This document shows positions 15,575-22,094 of a stretch of DNA of 24,000 nucleotides, piece by piece. The notes beneath the pieces were generated by a model. It searched no databases and was not told the origin of the DNA. It saw only the letters and a list, made by a program, of their open reading frames with translations. Source of the DNA: Candidatus Dojkabacteria bacterium. GTDB lineage: Bacteria; Patescibacteriota; Dojkabacteria; B142; WJKM01. The stretch covers positions 1 to 24,000 of the forward strand of contig JAGQLH010000001.1 in NCBI GenBank assembly GCA_020429465.1, in the 5' to 3' direction. The position numbers and the translations under genes are program-made. Numbering within the stretch: the stretch's first letter is position 1; every line of letters begins with the position of its first letter.

Positions 15575-17788
15575 TTACTTTGCCCACAAGATCATCTTAA
15601 GATCCTTTGCGAAGTTATATAGGAATAGTTTTCCTGCAGGCAATTCCCAAATCCCCATAACACTTGCAAACATTAACCCAACGTGAAGACTAAACTGAGT
15701 TTTTTCTGTGGTATTTCTAGCATCAGTATCTTCCAATTTTTTATCATCTGGGATTTTGACATACGCGAATGTCTGCTTAACTTGAGGATGGTCTTCTAAG
15801 ATTTTAGGGGTTTGATTTGTTGGGGTTTTCACATTCTCCTCTTCGATTGTATCCAAGGGGGTAGTGATAGTTTTATCTATAGTAGATGATTCTATCGATT
15901 CATTATTATTAATCTCTAATACCTCTATATCAGATTGGTATCTTGGTAATATTCGGTACCCTTCTCCAGTTGTTGCACTTGTTTTATATTGAGAAAGTAT
16001 TCCTTTTATACGTACAGTACTTCCTTTAGGTTTTTCAGGCATAGAAATACTAGTTCCACTTTGGATAGAAATTTTCATCTGTAATCCATGGTCTGTCGTA
16101 ATAATAAATGATGACCCTGTATATTCTGTTATAACTCCTTGAGAATGGATAAATGAACCTTCGTAAGGTTCTAAATCTTCGCCATATAGTTCTTTGGATA
16201 GTACTGGATTCGTGTGAGTAAGTATTTTTATATCAGTAGTATCAGAGACGTATAAATATTTTTCGTTTACACTTTCTCGTAACTCTCCTAGCAACTCTAG
16301 TTTTTCACCTACTTCCGCATTAAATGAAATGGAAGACATAAGTTTTGCTTTAATACCAGCAGTTTCATCTTGAATATAAAAAATGTCCTTTCCGAGTAAA
16401 TTAGGTTCAACAAGTACTACACCTGAAATTTTCAAATATGTTCCTATATCATATTCCTTTGCATCTTTTATGTTCGAACTGGTGATAGCCTCATTGTTTT
16501 CATCTTCATTTTGGTCTTGATCTTGATCACTATCGTCATCTTTAGGAGCAGATATAATATTTTCTGTGCCTTTGGTCTGGATGGTTGTAAATGAATAGAG
16601 TTCAGTATCGAATGAATATGAAATATCATCATCAATCTCTGGATATTCAACTGAAGTAATAATATTGCCGGAAGGGTCAGTAAGCAGTATTTGATCACCT
16701 CCATTATTAAGAGTAATGGGTAAAGTTGTATCTTCCAGAACCAGAAAAGAGTATGGTTCTACGATAGTAGAAGTGAGATTTTTTTCACTACTATTTTTAT
16801 CTCTAATAGTCCAGTTCTCAGTATTAATTGGCTCCTCACCATAATTATAGAGCTCAAGCCATTCTGAGCCATTTGATGGGTTTGCAAATATTTCATTTAT
16901 ACGTAAGGTCGTGGATCCAGAGATGGTTGGAGGTGGATCCTCTGATTCTTCGGTACGTTTACTATTTATGATAGTTATTTCGGGATGAATATAGATGATC
17001 CCATCGTTATATGTTAATTCTAATTGTGCATTATGGGTATCCGGAGCATTTGAGTTGAAAGTTATTTCCTCTGTTAAAAAATCTAAAATGGAGTCAATTT
17101 CCCATTTACTATTTTCAATAGTGAATAACTCATTTGGATAGTCAAATTTAAGAGAGATTGTGTCATTCTCAATGAGATTGAGATTATAAGTCCACTTGTT
17201 ATCGTTTAGAGCTTGAATAGAGATACATTCTTCTATAGGAAAGATGGTATCAGAGTAGTCGCTTATAGTTTCATGATCTAGAAAAGAACCTGTTCCAGAA
17301 ATACTCTGAGCGACAGTACTACATTTATATGTGGGACGGACAAGTACTTTACCTTCTTCCGAATCGTTATAGGAAAACGTATCGTACGTAGTACCATATA
17401 CATCGGCTAAAACTACACTATCTCCTGAGTTGGAAAATGATGTTGAACTTACTACCCCACGAACATAATTACCGGGATATTGTGATTTACTGTCGAAGTT
17501 ATCGTCATGAACAATTGCAAATTTACCTGGTTCAAGAATGAGTTCATCGTCGGCATTAAATGTCGTAATGGCTTTTCCATCTAGCAAATAATCAGACAGA
17601 TCTGCTGCAGTCCCTGAGGGGTTGTAGATTTCTAGATACTCACCCTCAGAGTCTGCACCTATAGGATTTGGTAGTAGTTCTGTGATCACTAAATAGCCAA
17701 ATGCCGATTGTGTGCCATTGAAAAAGAATACAAGTGGCAATATGTACCGAAGTAGACTTGTTATAGAACTAGCCTTAGCTTTATACAT
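15575..17788 (-). CDS. Secreted or anchored protein with two lamin-tail domains (LTD) and two OB-fold-like modules
   Basis: An N-terminal signal-like segment precedes LTD 1 (VITELLPNPIGADSEGEYLEIYNPSGTAADLSDYLL...SGDSVVLAD). LTD 2 follows (RINEIFANPSNGSEWLELYNYGEEPINTENWTIRD...GGDQILLTD). Then come an acidic linker, two beta-rich OB-like segments and a C-terminal hydrophobic helix. No nuclease domain was seen. Confidence 0.8.
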   Translation of the reverse strand: MYKAKASSITSLLRYILPLVFFFNGTQSAFGYLVITELLPNPIGADSEGEYLEIYNPSGTAADLSDYLLDGKAITTFNADDELILEPGKFAIVHDDNFDSKSQYPGNYVRGVVSSTSFSNSGDSVVLADVYGTTYDTFSYNDSEEGKVLVRPTYKCSTVAQSISGTGSFLDHETISDYSDTIFPIEECISIQALNDNKWTYNLNLIENDTISLKFDYPNELFTIENSKWEIDSILDFLTEEITFNSNAPDTHNAQLELTYNDGIIYIHPEITIINSKRTEESEDPPPTISGSTTLRINEIFANPSNGSEWLELYNYGEEPINTENWTIRDKNSSEKNLTSTIVEPYSFLVLEDTTLPITLNNGGDQILLTDPSGNIITSVEYPEIDDDISYSFDTELYSFTTIQTKGTENIISAPKDDDSDQDQDQNEDENNEAITSSNIKDAKEYDIGTYLKISGVVLVEPNLLGKDIFYIQDETAGIKAKLMSSISFNAEVGEKLELLGELRESVNEKYLYVSDTTDIKILTHTNPVLSKELYGEDLEPYEGSFIHSQGVITEYTGSSFIITTDHGLQMKISIQSGTSISMPEKPKGSTVRIKGILSQYKTSATTGEGYRILPRYQSDIEVLEINNNESIESSTIDKTITTPLDTIEEENVKTPTNQTPKILEDHPQVKQTFAYVKIPDDKKLEDTDARNTTEKTQFSLHVGLMFASVMGIWELPAGKLFLYNFAKDLKMILWAK

Positions 17789-17812
17789 GTTCTTTATCTT
17801 CTTTTTTATCCC

Positions 17813-18220
17813 CTATTCTCCGTCATCTGATTCAGCTACGACTTCTTTAAGTTTTTTTATTACTCCAAAGGTCATTTTTCTTACCGTGTTTGCTTGCTCG
17901 GTAAGTTCACCAAATGTTTTTTTAGTTACACACGTCAAATCACGTGCAAGAAGCAGTGCGTTATCGAAAGCAGTTAAAGAGTCTTGAACTGAATAGTAGT
18001 ACGTTATTTTTTGTTCAAATGAACGCTTGTGAAATCCACGAGCAGTATTTGTAGTTACAAGTAATACTGTTCTGCGTAATGCGGATATTAAGTCATCGTT
18101 TTTATTATCCAATTGCAAATTAGAGTAAACAGATACTGCTAATTTTTGTGCTTCTTGCCAGGTTTTCATATCCTGGAACGTATCATATGTAATCTTGGTA
18201 GATTTAGATTTATTAGCCAT
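17813..18220 (-). CDS. Four-helix-bundle protein (23S rRNA intervening-sequence protein / S23-like, TIGR02436-type)
   Basis: FQDMKTWQEAQKLAVSVYS...LISALRRTVLLVTTNTARGFHKRSFEQKITYYYSVQDSLTAFDNALLLARDL fits the family pattern (F.dL.vWq.A..L, RRA..si..NiAEG, GS..E). Its stop lies 24 nt upstream of the LTD gene start. Confidence 0.8.
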   Translation of the reverse strand: MANKSKSTKITYDTFQDMKTWQEAQKLAVSVYSNLQLDNKNDDLISALRRTVLLVTTNTARGFHKRSFEQKITYYYSVQDSLTAFDNALLLARDLTCVTKKTFGELTEQANTVRKMTFGVIKKLKEVVAESDDGE

Positions 18221-18438
18221 AAGTACAACGCATAATAGATAAACTAGTGGCTTCGCTTAGCTTGATACAGTTATATCAGGATCGATAAGGGGGATGCATT
18301 GTATACCGGCGCAAAATAGTAATATATACGGATTTGTTTCGGTGTTTAATGAAGGTGCAAGGGAAGTACTAGATAGGATTTTTCAGAGAATGAATTTCTA
18401 GAATTGGAAAGATAATGTTACATTTCCAAATAGTATTT

Positions 18439-19767
18439 TTACTGACAGCTACGAGGGGAACTTGCAGGCTCTGCTGTGCATCGTAAATGGTAATAACTGG
18501 TTGCAAGACCACTTGCACATTTGTCTACTTCACAAACTTTTGCCACAATTGCTCCACCAGCATTACAAACTTTTGCCCAACTGGGGCAAGGTTCAAAGAA
18601 AAAATAGGTATATCCACCATGTGCTGCAACTATATTTGCACCACCACCAGTCGAAATATCAATAGCGTTATGTGTTGGCCGAGACTGTGTTCTAAATCCA
18701 CTTGTGAGTACACCTCCCCCCATCGGTTTACCAATTCTTCCGCTTCCCCCACAACTGCCATATGAGCCTCCTGGGAGGTAATTACATGGGTTTTTGATTA
18801 CTCCACTTTCGGATACTCCAAAATGAAGGTGAGCTCCATATGCATATCCGGTATCTCCTTCTACTCCTAAGAATGCACCTTGATCTACTGGTACACCACT
18901 TACAATCTCATTTCTTGCAAGCAATGCGGATTGAATACTATCTTGTTTTGCGAGTAGATCTTTTTCTTTGCTTGAAAGTACTTGTATTAGTTCATCGTAG
19001 CCGGATAGACGGTTTTGTGCATCTAGCTTTCGAGCCTCAAATGCTGCTTGTTCATTTCTTGCTGTTGTTCTTTGAATATCTATGGCTATTTTTTCATCTT
19101 CGACCTGTTCCCTACTTCTATCAAGCGTAATTTTATCTTCTTCCAATTTTGTTTGGTCCTTTTCGAGTTGAGTTCTTGTATCATCGAGTAATTCTAATTT
19201 TACATTAGTATCTTCCTGTAGGGCTTGCCTGTAGGTATCAACTTTTACAAATTCAGATGGGCTATCACTTGCAAAAAATTTAGAGGAGGAAGAACTGTTT
19301 TGCTTCTGGGCAAGATACATACCTAAGAGTCGTTCATCTGTTTCTTCTTCAAGTGCTTCAATTTGGTCTTGATTATCTTCAATACGTTCTATAAGTTCTT
19401 CAATTTCTTTTTGGAGTAATTCAATTTCCAATTCTAATTGGTTAATCTCTAACTCTTTTTGTTGAATAGTTAATGAGAGTTCTTCGACGGTTGTTTGAAG
19501 ATTGAAAATTTGTTTTTGAAATTCAGTGAGATTATTCTGGTCAGCTATTTTGTTAGCTTTAAGATTTTCTTTCTCTTTTTGAATATTAGAAATTTCACTT
19601 TTTACTTTGTTCAATTCATCTTCCAAATTCCCTCCAATAGAATTTTGTGTAGTTATACTTGGCGATTGAGCATGAGTTAGTATGGGAGGAATAACTTGTG
19701 AGATAACAAATGCACAAATTACTAATATAACGAGAGGAATTGCTGTGCTTAATTGTTCAGATTTCAT
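18439..19767 (-). CDS. Coiled-coil M23 (LytM-type) metallopeptidase, EnvC/PcsB-like partner of FtsEX; catalytic domain appears circularly permuted
   Basis: A signal or anchor segment is followed by ~250 aa of heptad-like E/K/Q/L coiled coil. Next comes GVEGDTGYAYGAHLHFGV (HxH motif) and only afterwards SGFRTQSRPTHNAIDIS (HxxxD motif) ...SYYHL. It lies immediately downstream of ftsE-ftsX. Confidence 0.85.
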   Translation of the reverse strand: MKSEQLSTAIPLVILVICAFVISQVIPPILTHAQSPSITTQNSIGGNLEDELNKVKSEISNIQKEKENLKANKIADQNNLTEFQKQIFNLQTTVEELSLTIQQKELEINQLELEIELLQKEIEELIERIEDNQDQIEALEEETDERLLGMYLAQKQNSSSSSKFFASDSPSEFVKVDTYRQALQEDTNVKLELLDDTRTQLEKDQTKLEEDKITLDRSREQVEDEKIAIDIQRTTARNEQAAFEARKLDAQNRLSGYDELIQVLSSKEKDLLAKQDSIQSALLARNEIVSGVPVDQGAFLGVEGDTGYAYGAHLHFGVSESGVIKNPCNYLPGGSYGSCGGSGRIGKPMGGGVLTSGFRTQSRPTHNAIDISTGGGANIVAAHGGYTYFFFEPCPSWAKVCNAGGAIVAKVCEVDKCASGLATSYYHLRCTAEPASSPRSCQ

Positions 19768-19831
19768 AAACGCATTAGAATATAACGGCAGTTAAATATC
19801 CGTTTTCATAATAGCATATATTCGAAAAATT

Positions 19832-20752
19832 CTAGCGGATGTATCGGCGAATAGCTATGAAACTATTGATCATACCTATTGCTCCTCCGGCGAGTATAAG
19901 AGCTACCAAAGCCATTGCTAGTATTTCCATTGATAGATCTGGCCACGGAAGTGTCCCGAAAAAACGATTGAGGAAAATAAGGAGATCAGATTCAGAATAA
20001 TAGTATAAGATTGCGTAGTAACTTCCAACAAGAATTCCATTTGAAAGTAACGCTCCAAGCATACCGTAAATTGTACTTTCTAAAATGAAAGGTAGGCGAA
20101 TATACCAGAGGCTTCCACCAACAAGTTGCATAATTCCAATCTCTTCAGATCGATAGTAAATTTTGAATTCAACCGTAAGTAGTGTGAATAGAAGTATCAC
20201 GAGTGATAATAATGCAAGAATAACAATCCCAATTATTCTTGCAATGGTAACAAGGTCTTTAATGTTTTCGATTACAGTTTGGCTATATCCTATGTCGAGA
20301 ATATCTGCATTTGTTGAAGCTTCACTTTCAACTATATCAATAATATTTTGTGCATCATCTATCCTTTTCAAGCGTATCCCTAAACTTGCAGGAAGTACGT
20401 CTTCCCTAATTGCCTCTGCAGTAATTGGATTTGCTTTCTGATTGTACTTTTGAAATTCTTCGAGTGCTGCTTCTTCAGATGTGTAGATTATAGATTCTAT
20501 ATTATCCAGTGATTCCCACTCCTCTTTTTTCTCTTCAATTTTCAATTCTGGAACGCCTGGTTTGTAGAATACATAGATGTGTGGATCACTTTCGATCGAG
20601 ACAAGAACTTGCTCCATAACAAAACCAAGTGCAAAGAATACCGTAAGTATTAGAAAAGAAAGTGTCATAACCGCTATAGATGCCCATGTAAGCCATCCAC
20701 TTCTTCGTATTTGTTTGAATGTAGTTTTTAATGCCCTGAGTAAAGTTTGCAT
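19832..20752 (-). CDS. ftsX: Cell division permease-like protein FtsX
   Basis: 306 aa with TM1, a large extracytoplasmic loop and three C-terminal TM helices. Its start lies 19 nt downstream of the ftsE stop, which is the typical ftsEX arrangement. Confidence 0.88.
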   Translation of the reverse strand: MQTLLRALKTTFKQIRRSGWLTWASIAVMTLSFLILTVFFALGFVMEQVLVSIESDPHIYVFYKPGVPELKIEEKKEEWESLDNIESIIYTSEEAALEEFQKYNQKANPITAEAIREDVLPASLGIRLKRIDDAQNIIDIVESEASTNADILDIGYSQTVIENIKDLVTIARIIGIVILALLSLVILLFTLLTVEFKIYYRSEEIGIMQLVGGSLWYIRLPFILESTIYGMLGALLSNGILVGSYYAILYYYSESDLLIFLNRFFGTLPWPDLSMEILAMALVALILAGGAIGMINSFIAIRRYIR

Positions 20753-20771
20753 AAATTGCGTGTTTTAGAAT

Positions 20772-21929
20772 TTATGATGTTATATCTTGTATTGCTTCAT
20801 TTAGTTCAAGAATCTGGTCGCCACTAATTCCATCAATCATTTTAATAGTTTCTGGACCTGCATCAAGTACATCTTGCATATTCTTGTAGTTATTCTTTGT
20901 GAGAAGTGCGATTGTCCCAGGTTTGAGCCCTGTGCTCTCAAAATCATTAGGGTCTTTTGATTCTTCTGAATCTTTCTTCTTTGATGATTCCTCTTTTTTC
21001 TCTTCTATTGATTTCTTTTTAGTACTTTTTTTCTTTTTACTTGAAAGTCCTATTTTTAATTTCGGTTTAGAAGATTCTTTTTTGGGTGGTGTTGTATCAG
21101 TTTGTTTATCCTGCTTAGAACTCTTCTCATTCTTTAGTGAAGATTTTTCTGTTGGTGCTTCGTCTTTGGTTTCAGGTTCTATTTGTTTTTCCTCTTGTTT
21201 TTTGTCTTCTATTGTTGAATCATCCTGAAGTAATTTCTCAGCAAAATCATCACTAGACTGTTTAGATTTATTATGAGAATCATGGATAAGCCTTCCTTGT
21301 TCTAATTTAAGAATTCTCTTTTCCAGTTTATCTATAATGTCTTGGCTATGTGTTGCCATAATAACTGTTGTTCCCCAGTTATTAATGTTTTTAAGTGCTT
21401 CGATAATATCCCATGTAGCTTCCTCGTCCAGGTTTCCTGTTGGTTCATCTGCAATGAGGATCTTAGGATCATTCGCAATTGCACGTGCTATTGCCACCTT
21501 TTGTTTTTGTCCTCCTGAGAGTTCGTAAGGGAATGATTTTAATTTATCTTCGAGCCCAACAATTTCAAGTACGTACGGAACTATATTCTTTATATCTTTA
21601 TCGCTTTTTCCACTTGCTTCAAGTGCAAATGCAACATTTTCAAAAACATTTTTATCATCGAGGAGTCTAAAATCTTGAAAAACAATTCCAATTTTTCGTC
21701 TTAACTTTGCGACGTTCCAGCGTCTCATTCGAGTTATTTCACTACCATCTACATGAATCTCACCTTTAGTTGGTCGGATTTCTCGGATGAGCATTTTGAT
21801 TAACGTGGTTTTACCAGATCCAGAATGTCCAGTGAGCATAACAAATTCACCTTCATCTATCTGGAGGGAAACATCATCGAGCGCAACCATATCTTTGTAA
21901 TACTTTGATATTTTGTCGTATTGGATCAT
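20772..21929 (-). CDS. ftsE: Cell division ATP-binding protein FtsE with a 168-aa C-terminal extension
   Basis: The core (aa 1-217) carries Walker A GHSGSGKTT, LSGGQKQKVAIARA, Walker B ILIADEPTGNLD and an H-loop ATH. It is followed by a K/E/S-rich linker and a terminal ~55-aa helical module. Confidence 0.92.
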   Translation of the reverse strand: MIQYDKISKYYKDMVALDDVSLQIDEGEFVMLTGHSGSGKTTLIKMLIREIRPTKGEIHVDGSEITRMRRWNVAKLRRKIGIVFQDFRLLDDKNVFENVAFALEASGKSDKDIKNIVPYVLEIVGLEDKLKSFPYELSGGQKQKVAIARAIANDPKILIADEPTGNLDEEATWDIIEALKNINNWGTTVIMATHSQDIIDKLEKRILKLEQGRLIHDSHNKSKQSSDDFAEKLLQDDSTIEDKKQEEKQIEPETKDEAPTEKSSLKNEKSSKQDKQTDTTPPKKESSKPKLKIGLSSKKKKSTKKKSIEEKKEESSKKKDSEESKDPNDFESTGLKPGTIALLTKNNYKNMQDVLDAGPETIKMIDGISGDQILELNEAIQDITS

Positions 21930-21933
21930 TGTA

Positions 21934-21979
21934 ACGTAGTTCTTAGTCGTAGACTAAAAATAAAATGTAGTTCTTATTC
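21934..21979. repeat. Two 15-bp direct repeats (13/15 identical) upstream of ftsE
   Basis: ACGTAGTTCTTAGTC (21934-21948) and ATGTAGTTCTTATTC (21965-21979) have starts 31 bp apart. They lie between the candidate ftsE extended -10 (21987-21995, minus strand) and the ftsE ATG (21929). Confidence 0.5.
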
Positions 21980-22094
21980 AGTTATTACTATACCAAAAAT
22001 TATAACGTGCTGGACAGAAGTCTATGGTTCTTTTCATAAATTCCAAAATTTCATATAGTGGAAGTGACATTAACGTATTTTTTATCATTTTTTT

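Noticed and set aside
17813-18220. Four-helix-bundle protein as an Avd-like accessory gene of a diversity-generating retroelement
   Set aside because: Avd belongs to this fold family and DGRs are common in CPR genomes. However, the window contains no reverse transcriptase, I saw no template/variable repeat pair, and neither neighbouring protein has an obvious C-type-lectin-like variable C-terminus. A TR/VR self-alignment of the whole contig would be needed to revive this idea.
20899-21228. 109-aa plus-strand ORF antisense to the ftsE extension, along with similar antisense ORFs inside uvrA, the M23 gene, ftsX and rplU
   Set aside because: These are mirror-image low-complexity translations (S/F/L-rich) of K/E-rich coding sequence on the other strand. 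All are nested in strongly supported genes.
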